From: Candidatus Effluviviaceae Genus I sp.
GTDB lineage: Bacteria; Joyebacterota; Joyebacteria; Joyebacterales; Joyebacteraceae
Length of the DNA: 64,000 bases
Direction of reading: 5' to 3'
Assembly (NCBI GenBank): GCA_016867725.1
Contig: VGIX01000002.1
Span: 36,314-100,313 of the forward strand
The notes beneath the pieces were generated by a model. It ran no database searches, had not been told where the DNA came from, and saw only the letters and a program-made list of their open reading frames with translations. Positions 29,638 to 39,293 of this stretch are shown here, piece by piece (the stretch's first letter is position 1; the number at the start of each line of letters is the position of its first letter). A program made the position numbers and the translations under genes.

Positions 29638-31104
29638 TCAGCAGTCGAAATAGAGCCCGTACTCGCCCGGGTGCGGGTGCGATGCGATCGTCTCGATCTC
29701 CTCGCGCTTGAGCTCGATCCACGTTGCGGCGAACTCGTCGGCGAAGATCCCCCGCGTCGTGAGGAAGTCCGCGTCGCGCTCGAGCGCGTCGAGCGCCTCC
29801 TCGATCGTCGCCGGGAGGGGGACGATCCGGTTTCTCTCCTTCCGAGGGAGCTCGTGGACGTTCCGGTCGAAAGGACCGAACCCGTGCGCGGTCGGGTCCA
29901 CGCGCCGGTCGAGTCCGTCGAGCCCAGCCGCGAGCAGCGCCGCCATCATGAGATACGGATTGGCGGTCGCGTCCGGCGGCCGGTACTCGATCGTCTTCGC
30001 CTCCGGGCGCGTCGCGTAGCGGGGAACGCGGATGGCGGCGCTTCGGTTGCCCTCGGAGAAGAAGAGGTTCGTCGGAGCTTCGTATCCAGGCCGGAGCCGG
30101 CGATAGGAGTTCGTGCTCGGACTCACGATGGCCGAAAGGGCTCGGCCGTGGGAGAGGATGCCGCCCACGAAGTGCAGAGCGCTCTCGGAGAGCCCGGCGT
30201 AGCGGCCCTCGCCGTGGAACACCGGCGCTCCGGCCCGCATGAGCTTGACGTGCACGTGCAGCCCGCTGCCCGCCTCGGCAAGGAGAGGGCGAGGCATGAA
30301 GGTCGCTGCCAGACCCCACTCCGCCGCCGTGTTCCGGACGATGTGCTTGCCGAGCATGACGTGGTCGGCGGCCGGCACGAGCGGCTCGCCGATGAGCTCG
30401 ACCTCGAGCTGTCCGGGCGCGCCGTTCTCGTGGTGATGGTACTTGACCGGGATGCCGGCGTCCTGCAGCCGCGCGGCGACCTCGTTGCGGAACTCGAAGA
30501 AGCGGTCGCACGGCGGGGACGCGTGGTAACCGCCGCCGGCGCGGATCCTGTAGCCGAGCCCGTCGGACTCCGAGTCGGGGTCCGACCACCCGGCCTCGTC
30601 GGACCGCACGGAGAAGAACGAGCCGTTCCTGCGCTCGTCGTACGCGACGGAGGAGAACGCGTAGAACTCGAGCTCCGGGGCCCAGAGGCTCATGTCCGCG
30701 TGCCCGGACTCGGCGAGGGCGCGCTCGGCCCGAAGCGCCGTGAGCCTGGGGTCGAGGGGGAAGGGGGTCTTGAGCTGTGCCTCCGCGGCTGAGGACAACA
30801 CGGCCACGATGATGCGGCCGTCCCATTCCTCGGCCTGCGCCGTGAGGCGATCGGGGATGAGCACCATGTCGCCGCGCTCCACGCGCTTGAACCCCGACAC
30901 GCTCGAGCCGTCGAAACCCACCCCCGAGGCGAAGAGCGACTCGTCCACGCGGGTCACCGGCACCGTCACGTGGTGCCACCGTCCCGGCAAGTCGGCGAAC
31001 CGCACGTCGAGCGCGTCGGTCCCCGACGCCGCGAGCGCGGCGACGAACTCCGCGTCGCCTGCCGTCTTCCTGAGCTGCTCTGTGAGATCGCGAAGGCTCT
31101 TCAT
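29638..31104 (-). CDS. glnA: Glutamine synthetase
   Basis: 488 aa with GS catalytic motifs (GSGLHVHVKLM, NSYRRLRPGYEAP, RVPRYATRPEAKTIEYRPPDATANPYL). Confidence 0.85.
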   Translation of the reverse strand: MKSLRDLTEQLRKTAGDAEFVAALAASGTDALDVRFADLPGRWHHVTVPVTRVDESLFASGVGFDGSSVSGFKRVERGDMVLIPDRLTAQAEEWDGRIIVAVLSSAAEAQLKTPFPLDPRLTALRAERALAESGHADMSLWAPELEFYAFSSVAYDERRNGSFFSVRSDEAGWSDPDSESDGLGYRIRAGGGYHASPPCDRFFEFRNEVAARLQDAGIPVKYHHHENGAPGQLEVELIGEPLVPAADHVMLGKHIVRNTAAEWGLAATFMPRPLLAEAGSGLHVHVKLMRAGAPVFHGEGRYAGLSESALHFVGGILSHGRALSAIVSPSTNSYRRLRPGYEAPTNLFFSEGNRSAAIRVPRYATRPEAKTIEYRPPDATANPYLMMAALLAAGLDGLDRRVDPTAHGFGPFDRNVHELPRKERNRIVPLPATIEEALDALERDADFLTTRGIFADEFAATWIELKREEIETIASHPHPGEYGLYFDC

Positions 31105-31155
31105 GGTGTCTCCCGTGGGGTGGTGCCCATCCGCCGGGCACGTGCGCGCCGGCGT

Positions 31156-31530
31156 CTATGAGCCGCTCGTTCCGACGAGATAGACACCCACAGCAACGAC
31201 AATGGTCCCGAGGATCCTCTGGAGGCCCATGCTCTCGCCCCAGAGGTGCCACGACGCGACCGCGACCAGCACGTAGCCGACGCCCAGCAGGGGGTACGCG
31301 TAGCTGAGCTGTACCCTGGACAGGGCCGAGATCCAGAAGACGGCGCTCACCGCGTACAGCACCAGCCCCAGGAGCGTGAGCGGCGCGGTGAGCATGGGCA
31401 CTGCCGTCGAGAGCCCGAAGTACGCCTCTCGCCCGGCACGTGCCTGGTAGCTGAGAAGCGACTGCTTGATCGAGACCTGACCGCAGACGTTAAGCAGGAT
31501 GCTCACGGCCAGTATCCAGATGTGCGTCAT
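31156..31530 (-). CDS. Small EamA/SMR-like 4-TM membrane protein, ArnE/ArnF-like flippase subunit candidate
   Basis: 124 aa from MTHIWILAVSILL, with LSYAYPLLGVGYVLVAVASW. Sits immediately downstream of the GT2 and GT83-like genes. Confidence 0.55.
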   Translation of the reverse strand: MTHIWILAVSILLNVCGQVSIKQSLLSYQARAGREAYFGLSTAVPMLTAPLTLLGLVLYAVSAVFWISALSRVQLSYAYPLLGVGYVLVAVASWHLWGESMGLQRILGTIVVAVGVYLVGTSGS

Positions 31531-31561
31531 GCTCTTCCCCCGTCGTTCGCCCGGGCGCGCA

Positions 31562-32260
31562 TCACGAAGCAACGCGCCTGAACCTCAGCCTGAGCAGCGT
31601 CGCCACGGCCTCGAACCAGTGCTTCGCGCGTATCTTCTTGCCCTCGGAGGTCTTCCTCGGGTAGTAGCGGATCGGAACCTCCCGGATGCGAATGCCGCGG
31701 GCGGCCACCAGCGCAGTGACCTCCGGGCAGAACTCGAATCCCGTGCATCGGAGAGGCAGGCTCCTGAGCAGGCTGGTTCGGAACGCCTTGTAGCACGTGG
31801 GCTCGTCGGTGAGAGCCGTGCCGAAGAGGATGTTCGTGATCCAGGTGAGCGTCACGCCCCCCAGGAAGAAGCTCGGCGACGAGATGGGGTTGGTCTTGAG
31901 CAGTCGCCTCGATCCGTACACGACCGCAACCGCAGGATCCTCGAACTGGCGCACGATGAGCTCGTAGTCGTTCGGGTCGTACTCCAGGTCCGCGTCCTGG
32001 ATGATGGTGAGCTCGCCGGCGACGTGCTCAACGCCGGTCCGAATCGCTGCGCCCTTCCCTCGGTTGCGATCGTGCCACACCACCTTGACTCTCTGCCGCT
32101 TCCCAAGCGTCTCCAGCACACTTCTGGTTCCGTCGGTCGAGCCGTCATCCACGATGACAACCTCCGACACGACGGGGCTTGCCAGCACGCGGTCCACGAT
32201 CGCCCCGATGGTCCGAACCTCGTTGAACGTGGGGACGATGACACTCAGGTTCGCGCGCAC
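31562..32260 (-). CDS. Polyprenol-phosphate sugar glycosyltransferase (GT2, ArnC/DPM1-like)
   Basis: LSVIVPTFNEVRTIGAIVDRV...VIVDDGSTDGT...DADLEYDPND. GTG start at 32260 with GGAGGAGG 6 nt upstream. Overlaps the upstream gene by 16 nt. Confidence 0.75.
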   Translation of the reverse strand: MRANLSVIVPTFNEVRTIGAIVDRVLASPVVSEVVIVDDGSTDGTRSVLETLGKRQRVKVVWHDRNRGKGAAIRTGVEHVAGELTIIQDADLEYDPNDYELIVRQFEDPAVAVVYGSRRLLKTNPISSPSFFLGGVTLTWITNILFGTALTDEPTCYKAFRTSLLRSLPLRCTGFEFCPEVTALVAARGIRIREVPIRYYPRKTSEGKKIRAKHWFEAVATLLRLRFRRVAS

Positions 32261-33519
32261 CCGACACCTCCTCCAAACGCATTCTCGGCCCCCCCAGGCA
32301 GGGAGAACCACCGCGCCGCCCTGGGACTGACGCGCGATGCGATCCGGGCGAGCGCCACCGCGCAGAACACCATGAGAAGCCCGTCGAGCGGCAGGCGGTA
32401 GCGTACGTTCGTCGTGAACACCGGGTACACGAGCGTGAAGGTCACGAGGGTCGCGAGCAGCGGCGCGTAGCGGTTCCATCGCCGCCTCTCGAGCACGATG
32501 CCGACCAGCCCAAGCAGGAACATGGGACCGTACGACAAGATCGAGATCCACGCGCTGCGGTCGGTTGTGAAGCGGTTCTGCGTCTGGGGAGTGGGGTAGA
32601 ACCGGTAGAGGTTGGCCAGTTTGGCGAAGTACAGCCGGACGGCTCTTGCCGGATCCTGTTTCACGTACTCGAGACCGCGGGCGAGGTACATGCGATCGGC
32701 TCCGGCGTACCCGATCTCCCGCGGGAGACCTCGGAGGTCCTCCGGGATGCCAACCCTCGACTGCGAGGTCGCCGTCGCGTCGGGGCTGTTACCGTAGAGG
32801 AACTCCCGCCCCCCTCCGACGGAGATGGGGATGAACTCGCCGGTGACCATGTGATTGCGGACGGTCCACGGAAGGACGGTTGCCACGGCAAGGGCCAGCA
32901 CGAGAGCTGCGTGGAGCGCGCGCCGCTCACCCCGGAAGGTCCAGAGCACCGCGACAGGCACGAGCGTGACGGCGATGGAGCGACTGAGCGCAAGGAGCCC
33001 TAGAGCGCACCCCTGCGCCGCGCTCACGGGAAGCCTCGGCGCCTCGCGCGAGACGAGGGCAAGATACACGACGAGGAGCAGCAGGATGGTCGTCGTCTGT
33101 GTGTCGTAGAGAGCGCCGGCGTTGTAGACGTAGTACGGGTAAAGACAGGCTATCGTCGCGGCGACAAGGCCGACCTTGGACCCGCGCAGGCGTCGGGCGA
33201 TCAGGAAGACGAGGTACGGAATGAGCCCGCCGAGGAGCGCCTGGAACAGGTAGGCCGCCCTGTACGAGTGTCCTGCCAGAGCGTAGGGCACCACCATCAC
33301 GAAGGCCTGAAGCGGGCCCCTCAGGACCGCATCCCCCGCACGCTCCCCGGACACGATTCGCCAGGCGATCTCGTCGTAGTAGTGCGGGTCCGGCCAGTAC
33401 AGATCATCCTCGAGCGTCAGCACGAAGGCGACCCGCACGAGCACGGCGAGCGCGACGATCCCCAGGAGCACTGCTGGAACCCGTGCGCGGACGGTTCCAC
33501 ACCCCATGGACCTCAGCAT
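32245..33519 (-). CDS. Polytopic membrane glycosyltransferase (ArnT/PMT-like, GT83/GT39 fold)
   Basis: 424 aa, about 11 TM helices plus loops (YWPDPHYYDEIAWRIVSGE), in the arrangement typical of polyprenyl-phosphate-sugar-dependent transferases. First gene of the minus-strand run ending in glnA. Confidence 0.55.
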   Translation of the reverse strand: MLRSMGCGTVRARVPAVLLGIVALAVLVRVAFVLTLEDDLYWPDPHYYDEIAWRIVSGERAGDAVLRGPLQAFVMVVPYALAGHSYRAAYLFQALLGGLIPYLVFLIARRLRGSKVGLVAATIACLYPYYVYNAGALYDTQTTTILLLLVVYLALVSREAPRLPVSAAQGCALGLLALSRSIAVTLVPVAVLWTFRGERRALHAALVLALAVATVLPWTVRNHMVTGEFIPISVGGGREFLYGNSPDATATSQSRVGIPEDLRGLPREIGYAGADRMYLARGLEYVKQDPARAVRLYFAKLANLYRFYPTPQTQNRFTTDRSAWISILSYGPMFLLGLVGIVLERRRWNRYAPLLATLVTFTLVYPVFTTNVRYRLPLDGLLMVFCAVALARIASRVSPRAARWFSLPGGAENAFGGGVGCART

Positions 33520-33606
33520 GCTCGTAGTCTAGCGGTCAGCGCGACCGGCTGTCAAGCGAACGCGGGAGCGCTCGCGTCGCCCGCGCGGCGCAGGGGGAAA
33601 ACCGCC

Positions 33607-33636
33607 TTGACACTGCGCCGGCGCGCCGAGTACATT
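33607..33636 (+). promoter_or_regulatory. Promoter (TTGACA-N18-TACATT) for the cyclophilin gene
   Basis: ccTTGACActgcgccggcgcgccgagTACATTgaag. Confidence 0.4.
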
Positions 33637-33696
33637 GAAGAACCGAAATCGCAACGCGGCCGAAGGTCGCATGGAATCGTGAGCGTGGAGGGCACC

Positions 33697-34443
33697 ATGG
33701 GTTCGTGGATGAGGTGGTTGCCTGTCGTGGTGACATGCGCCGTGCTTCTGACGGCGGTGGCGGCGGGTTGCAGCGGGACGCCGTCCGAGAAGGGCGAGAC
33801 CGCCGCGCAGAGCGCGGCGAGCGAGGAGGCGGCGTCCATGACCGAGGCGATCGACCCTGGCGCGACCGAAGCGGTCGAAGAGGCGCCCGCCGGACCGACG
33901 GCAACGCTGACGTACATCGAGAACGGCGCGAGGAAGACCAGAGAGGTCGCCTACCTCGTCCCCGGACGGAAGATCGCCACGCTCGAGACGGCGAAGGGCG
34001 TCATCAGGATCGAGCTCTGGGAGGACAAGGCGCCGAACACGGTCGTCAACTTCGTCTCGCTTGCGAACGCCGGACGATACGACGGCGTGGGCTTTCACAG
34101 GGTGATCGACGGCTTCATGGCCCAGACGGGCGACGTCGAGCACAAGGGCGGATACGGCGGACCGGGCTACACGATCCCGGCGGAGTTCGACGCGAGGCTC
34201 AAGCATGTCCGCGGCGTGGTATCCATGGCGCGGTCCTCGGAGCCCGACTCCGCCGGCAGCCAGTTCTTCATCATGTTCGCCGCATCGCCCAACCTCGACG
34301 GGCAGTACACGGCCTTCGGACAGGTCATCGAGGGCATGGACGTCGTGGACGCGATCAAGAAGGGCGACCGGCAGAAGAACGGTACCGTCACGGAGCCCGA
34401 CAAGATCGTGAAGTTGCGCGTGACGACGGTCCCCGCACCGTAG
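33697..34443 (+). CDS. Cyclophilin-type peptidyl-prolyl cis-trans isomerase, lipoprotein
   Basis: Lipobox VAAGCSG. Cyclophilin core GVIRIELWEDKAPNTVVNFVSLANAGRYDGVGFHRVIDGFMAQTGD...SQFFIM. Confidence 0.85.
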   Translation: MGSWMRWLPVVVTCAVLLTAVAAGCSGTPSEKGETAAQSAASEEAASMTEAIDPGATEAVEEAPAGPTATLTYIENGARKTREVAYLVPGRKIATLETAKGVIRIELWEDKAPNTVVNFVSLANAGRYDGVGFHRVIDGFMAQTGDVEHKGGYGGPGYTIPAEFDARLKHVRGVVSMARSSEPDSAGSQFFIMFAASPNLDGQYTAFGQVIEGMDVVDAIKKGDRQKNGTVTEPDKIVKLRVTTVPAP

Positions 34444-34461
34444 TCGCCGGCCGCAGGAGGA

Positions 34462-35112
34462 GTGAGCGCGATGGGCGATGGGAAGCTCGCGACCGTGGCC
34501 GGCGTCGTGCTGGCGGCAGTGCTTGTGGTGTCCGTCGTGCCGCACGGGGCGCGCGCGCAGGACGCGCCGGGAGGCGCGGAGCAGGTTGCCGCGTCGATTG
34601 AGCGCCTTGCTGCCGAGGCAGCGGCGCGGCCCGACGACGTGAGCCTGAGGATCGAGCTGGGCAACCTCTACTACGAGACCGGGCTCCTGGACAAGGCGGT
34701 CGAGGAGTACCGCTCGGCGGTCGGGCTCGACTCGCTGCACGTGGGCGCGCGGCTCAATCTCGCGTCGGTGTACGTCGACCAGGGCAGCGCCGCGCAGGCG
34801 CTCCTGGAGCTTCAGAAGGCGCGTTCGATCGACCCGGCCAACCCGATGGTCTACACGAACCTGGGGAGCACGTACTACTGGCTCCAGCGCTACACGGAGG
34901 CCGTGGAGATGTACCTCGAAGCGCTCGCGCTCGATCCCGGGTGCGTGGAGGCGCACTTCAACCTGGGCGTCGCGTTCGCGGACGCCCAGATCTTCGACGA
35001 GGCGATCAGGGAGTGGGGCAAGGTCGTCGAGCTCGCGCCGGGAAGCCCGGTGGCCCGGACCTCAGCCGACAACATCCGCATGATCGAGGAGTTCCGCGCC
35101 GGAGGCCGCTGA
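34462..35112 (+). CDS. Secreted TPR-repeat protein
   Basis: Signal peptide followed by TPR repeats (LGNLYYETGLLDKAVEEYRSAVGLD...). Confidence 0.6.
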   Translation: MSAMGDGKLATVAGVVLAAVLVVSVVPHGARAQDAPGGAEQVAASIERLAAEAAARPDDVSLRIELGNLYYETGLLDKAVEEYRSAVGLDSLHVGARLNLASVYVDQGSAAQALLELQKARSIDPANPMVYTNLGSTYYWLQRYTEAVEMYLEALALDPGCVEAHFNLGVAFADAQIFDEAIREWGKVVELAPGSPVARTSADNIRMIEEFRAGGR

Positions 35113-35186
35113 CGGCGCACCGGCGGGGCACGCCAGCGGGCGGGTCTCGACCGTCGGCCTGACGCAAGAACAGGAGCGAGGAACCC

Positions 35187-36371
35187 ATGAGGACCATCCT
35201 GAGGCGGAGAGCGGCGCTCGCAGGGGCGCTCGTGGCGGCAGCGCTGCTGTCCGGCTGCATGGCGCCTATACCGTCCGGAGACGACGTCACAACGCCGACC
35301 GTCACGACCATCGGGGGCGGCACCGGGACCGCGGCGCCGCCGACCCAGCTCACCGAGGCGCAGAGGGCGGCGGCGAACGCTGCCGAGTTCTACCGCGTGC
35401 GAGAGATCGGCAAGGCGATCGAGAACTACGAGCGCGCGCTGAGTCTCGACCCGAAGCTCGTCGAGGCGTACCACGGGCTGGCCCACATCTACCTCGTGGA
35501 GACCCAGGAATTCGACAAGGCGCTCGGGCTCTACGAGCAGGCGCGGAGCGCCGCGCCGAACGACGCCTACACCAGGACCTCCCTCGCATACGCGTACTCC
35601 GTCGTCGGCAAGTACCAGGAGTCGGTGAACGAGTACGTAGAGGCGGCGAGGATGTCGCCGGACGACCAGGACGTCTTCCTGAATCTCGGCTACGTGTACG
35701 AGAAGATGCAGATGGACCTCGCGGCCCTCAACGCGTACCGGAGGGCGATCGAGCTTGCGCCGAGCGACACGAGGCCTGCGCAGGCGCTGGCGCAGATCTG
35801 CTACAGAGCCGAGCTGTACGACCAGGCCATCGCGGCCTTCGAGCGCGTCCATGAGCGCGGCTCCGCGAGCCAGTACGTCCTGTCCACGCTCGGCTACTGC
35901 TACATGAAGGTCGGGGTGTACGCGCGGGCGGAGAACCTGTTCCTGGCGGTGCTCCAGAAGAGCCCGGACGATCTCGCGGCTCGAGCGAATCTCGCCACGG
36001 CGTACAGGAGCATGGGCGACTACGGGAAGGCCGTGCAGCAGTACGAGGCCATCGTGCAGCGCAACCCGGGGGACGCAACGTATCTGAGCGCCCTCGCGGA
36101 CGCGTACAACGAAGGCGGTCAGTACGACCAGGCGATCGCCACGGCGCGGCGAATGGCGTCGGTCATGCCGGGGAGCGGCGCGCCGTACATCCCCTGGGCC
36201 AAGGCGCTCGAGAAGCAGGGGCAGTATCAGGCGGCGATCGAGCAGCTCGAGAAGGCGGTACGCGACCCGGAGTGGAGGGCATTCGCGCTGAAGGAGATCG
36301 AGCGGCAGAACACGCTCATCGAGATCGCCGAGCAGCGCAAGCTCCGCGGCATCTGGGACAAGGGCGAGTGA
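35187..36371 (+). CDS. TPR-repeat lipoprotein
   Basis: Lipobox LLSGC. At least seven TPR units (AEFYRVREIGKAIENYERALSLDP, etc.). Confidence 0.6.
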   Translation: MRTILRRRAALAGALVAAALLSGCMAPIPSGDDVTTPTVTTIGGGTGTAAPPTQLTEAQRAAANAAEFYRVREIGKAIENYERALSLDPKLVEAYHGLAHIYLVETQEFDKALGLYEQARSAAPNDAYTRTSLAYAYSVVGKYQESVNEYVEAARMSPDDQDVFLNLGYVYEKMQMDLAALNAYRRAIELAPSDTRPAQALAQICYRAELYDQAIAAFERVHERGSASQYVLSTLGYCYMKVGVYARAENLFLAVLQKSPDDLAARANLATAYRSMGDYGKAVQQYEAIVQRNPGDATYLSALADAYNEGGQYDQAIATARRMASVMPGSGAPYIPWAKALEKQGQYQAAIEQLEKAVRDPEWRAFALKEIERQNTLIEIAEQRKLRGIWDKGE

Positions 36372-36485
36372 CGATCGGGGACGGCGGGCGGAGGGCAGAC
36401 CTGCCGGGCCGGTTGCGAGCACAGCGAGATGCGGCCGGCCGCCTGCGGCCGGCCGCCGCTTCATGACCCTCCGGGGGAGTCGACG

Positions 36486-37652
36486 TTGAAGCGCGTGTAC
36501 ATGGACAACAACGCCACGACCGCGGTGGACGCGCGCGTCCTGGAAGCGATGCGGCCGTTCTTCTCGGAGCAGTACGGCAACCCATCGAGTCCCTACGGTC
36601 CGGCGCAGGCGGCGAGGGCGGCGGTCGACGCGGCCCGAGCGCCCGTGGCGCGGGCTCTCGGCTGTGGGGCCGAAGCCGTCGTCTTCACGAGCGGAGGCAC
36701 GGAGTCGGACAACCTCGCGATCAAGGGCGTCGTCTTCGCCCGTGGCGCAGGCTCGGCCCACGTCATCACGACGCGGATCGAACATCACGCTGTGCTCTCC
36801 TCGTGCGAGTACCTCGAGCGACGGTTCGGCACGCGCGTCACCTACCTGCCCGTGGACCGACACGGTTGGGTGAACCCCGATGATGTCGAGCGTGCGTGCG
36901 AGGAGGACACGGCGCTCATCAGCGTCATGTTCGCGAACAACGAGGTGGGGACGATCGAGCCGATCGCGGAGATCGGGCGGATCGCCCGGGCGCGAGGCAT
37001 ACCGTTCCACACGGATGCCGTGCAGGCTGTGGGGAAGGTGCCGGTCTCGGTCGACGAACTGGGCGTGGACCTGCTGTCTCTGTCCGGGCACAAGCTCTAC
37101 GGTCCGAAGGGCGTCGGCGCGCTGTACGTTCGGCCGGGCACGGTCATCGATCCCCTCTCTCACGGCGGAGGCCACGAGCGCGGCGCGCGCGCGGGCACGG
37201 AGAACGTACCCGGCATCGTGGGGCTGGGCGCGGCGCTGCGTCTGTGCCTGGACGAGATGGACACCGAGCGGAGGAGGCTCGCGGGTCTCGTGGGGCGCAT
37301 GGAGCGCCACATCGTCGAGCGCATCCCGGACGCCGTGCCGAACGGCAGGGCCGACCTCAGACTCCCCGGCACCCTGAACGTCTCCTTCCGCTACGTCGAG
37401 GGCGAGAGCGTCGTGCTGGAGCTCGATCTCGCGGGCATCGCGGCGTCGACGGGGTCCGCCTGCACGACCGAGTCGACGGCGCCGTCGCACGTGCTCACTG
37501 CGATGGGCGTGGAACCCAACTGCGCCCAGGGCTCCGTGCGCTTCAGTCTCGGGCGGCAGAACACGGACACCGATGTCGACCTGCTTCTCGACGTCCTGCC
37601 TTCGATCATCGCCCGTCTGCGGTCCATCTCGCCGCTGGCGCCGCCGCGCTGA
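36486..37652 (+). CDS. Cysteine desulfurase (IscS/NifS class V aminotransferase)
   Basis: YMDNNATT, TSGGTESDN and SLSGHKLYGPKGVGALYVR (PLP lysine). Catalytic Cys loop STGSACTTES. TTG at 36486 best fits the RBS GGGGGAG; ATG at 36501 is the alternative. Confidence 0.8.
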   Translation: MKRVYMDNNATTAVDARVLEAMRPFFSEQYGNPSSPYGPAQAARAAVDAARAPVARALGCGAEAVVFTSGGTESDNLAIKGVVFARGAGSAHVITTRIEHHAVLSSCEYLERRFGTRVTYLPVDRHGWVNPDDVERACEEDTALISVMFANNEVGTIEPIAEIGRIARARGIPFHTDAVQAVGKVPVSVDELGVDLLSLSGHKLYGPKGVGALYVRPGTVIDPLSHGGGHERGARAGTENVPGIVGLGAALRLCLDEMDTERRRLAGLVGRMERHIVERIPDAVPNGRADLRLPGTLNVSFRYVEGESVVLELDLAGIAASTGSACTTESTAPSHVLTAMGVEPNCAQGSVRFSLGRQNTDTDVDLLLDVLPSIIARLRSISPLAPPR

Positions 37653-37703
37653 CCGCCGCCGCGAGCGTCTTGGGGCGGGAGCCCCGAGCTGAGGAGACTC
37701 CGC

Positions 37704-38663
37704 ATGGTCTCGCGCGCCTCGCGCTTCGTTCTTGTCGCTCACGCGGCGCTCCTCTTCGTTGCGGCGGGAGCCTGGGCGCTGCAGGGCGGAGCTCAGGGCT
37801 GGGAGTCCGCGTCGCGCGGCCCCGTGACGGTGCTCTTCCGAGAGGCCGATCGCGCGGCCGCCGGCCGCCTTCTCGAGCTCGCCGCGCCGTCTCTCGAGCG
37901 CATGTGGACCGAGTTGGACAGCCGTGAGCGCGGAGCGGTCAGGATCGTGATCGCGGCGAGCGAGGAGGAGTTCGCGGGTCTCGAGGGAGGGTGGCCTCCG
38001 GACTGGGGCGTGGCGTGGGCGGATGCCGGCCGCTCGCTGGTCGTCATGAAGAGCCCGCGCATCGTCTCGTATCCTCTGCAGATCGAGAAGGTCGTGGTGC
38101 ACGAGCTCGCGCACGTGGTCGTCGGGAGAGAGCTTCAGCACATGAGCGTCCCCCGCTGGTTCGACGAGGGGATCGCAATGGCGCTGGCGGGGGAGTGGGA
38201 CGGCGACCGCCGCGCGCTTGCCGCGGCGGCCGTGGCGGGCAGGCTCATTCCGCTCTCGTCGCTCGACGCGGGATTCCCCGAGAGCGACCGTGACGCCAGG
38301 CTCGCGTACGCGATGAGCTACGAGGCCGTGCAGTATCTCCTGCGTGAGAGCGGCCTTGCGGGCGGACCGCAGCTCGTCCGCGCCGTGGCCTCGGCGCCCG
38401 ACTTCGAGACCGCCCTTCTCCGCGTGGCGGGGCGCGCGCCGGGGCAGTTCGATGTCGAGGTCGGCGGGCACGTCCGGCGGACCTTCGGGTGGACGGTCCT
38501 TCTGCAGAGCGTGAGCGCGGCCATGCTGCTCGGCGCGGTGGCGCTCGTGCTGGGCGCCGTCCGGCGGGCGAGGCGGGCACGCGCGAGACTTCGCGAGCTC
38601 GCCGCCGAGGAGGCCGAGCGCGCGCCACGGGGGCGGTCGCGCACGGGCTCGTCGTGGGCGTGA
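37704..38663 (+). CDS. Membrane-anchored HExxH metallopeptidase-like protein (peptidase MA-like)
   Basis: Signal peptide, VVHELAHVV then a WFDEGIAM Glu about 20 aa downstream (gluzincin pattern). C-terminal TM helix followed by an Arg-rich tail RRARRARARLRE. Confidence 0.5.
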   Translation: MVSRASRFVLVAHAALLFVAAGAWALQGGAQGWESASRGPVTVLFREADRAAAGRLLELAAPSLERMWTELDSRERGAVRIVIAASEEEFAGLEGGWPPDWGVAWADAGRSLVVMKSPRIVSYPLQIEKVVVHELAHVVVGRELQHMSVPRWFDEGIAMALAGEWDGDRRALAAAAVAGRLIPLSSLDAGFPESDRDARLAYAMSYEAVQYLLRESGLAGGPQLVRAVASAPDFETALLRVAGRAPGQFDVEVGGHVRRTFGWTVLLQSVSAAMLLGAVALVLGAVRRARRARARLRELAAEEAERAPRGRSRTGSSWA

Positions 38664-38686
38664 GCGAGCGCCGGGTGGATTGCCGT

Positions 38687-38714
38687 TTGACAGCTCTCAG
38701 CGGCGCTGCTATAC
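38687..38714 (+). promoter_or_regulatory. Promoter for tRNA cluster 1 (TTGACA-N16/17-TATACT)
   Basis: cgtTTGACAgctctcagcggcgctgcTATACTgcgctcc, with the tRNA starting about 10 nt downstream. Confidence 0.55.
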
Positions 38715-38724
38715 TGCGCTCCGC

Positions 38725-38813
38725 GGGAGGGCTAGACCTAACTGGTAAGGCGGCGGTCTTGAAAACCGCTGGGCTTTCGAGCCCGTGGGGGTTCGAGTCC
38801 CTCGCCCTCCGCC
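38725..38813 (+). tRNA. tRNA-Ser (anticodon TGA)
   Basis: Acceptor ggagggc/gccctcc + g + CCA. Anticodon loop cTTGAaa. Long variable arm. T-loop ggttcgagtcc. Confidence 0.75.
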
Positions 38814-38846
38814 AGAGGAAGCAAGCGATGGCAGGCCGTGAGCCCG

Positions 38847-38937
<91 letters not shown>

Positions 38938-38944
38938 CCGTTCA

Positions 38945-39021
38945 AGCGCCCATAGCTCAACTGGATAGAGCGTCTGGCTACGGACCAGAAGGCTGGGGGT
39001 TCGACTCCTCCTGGGCGTACC
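38945..39021 (+). tRNA. tRNA-Arg (anticodon ACG)
   Basis: gcgcccatagctcaactggatagagc. Loop ctACGga. gggggttcgactcc. Ends tgggcgtacca. Confidence 0.8.
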
Positions 39022-39293
39022 ACATGATGAGGGCTCCCTGTCTGCCGGCGGGGAGCCCTCGTCCTTTGTGGGTCGTGCGGGCCGCAACGCGGGGTCTGAT
39101 CGTGGATTCGCTGTCCCGCCTCTTGCGGACCGGCACGAGTTATGCATTGAGCATCCGCACGACCGTGTCACAGTGGCGTCCGGTCTCAAGGCCTGGGCGT
39201 CACGCGGGCCCCGGACGGCCGCCCGCTGACCGACCGATGCCGCCGGCGTGGAGCCTGCTCTCCCGGTGGGGAGCTCTCCGAAGGAGTGGCGGG

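Noticed and set aside
38725-38813. Possible selenocysteine tRNA (anticodon reads 'TGA').
   Set aside because: Anticodon UGA decodes UCA, which is serine. tRNA-Sec has anticodon UCA and a 9/4 acceptor/T-arm. This gene has a standard 7-bp acceptor and a Ser-type long variable arm.
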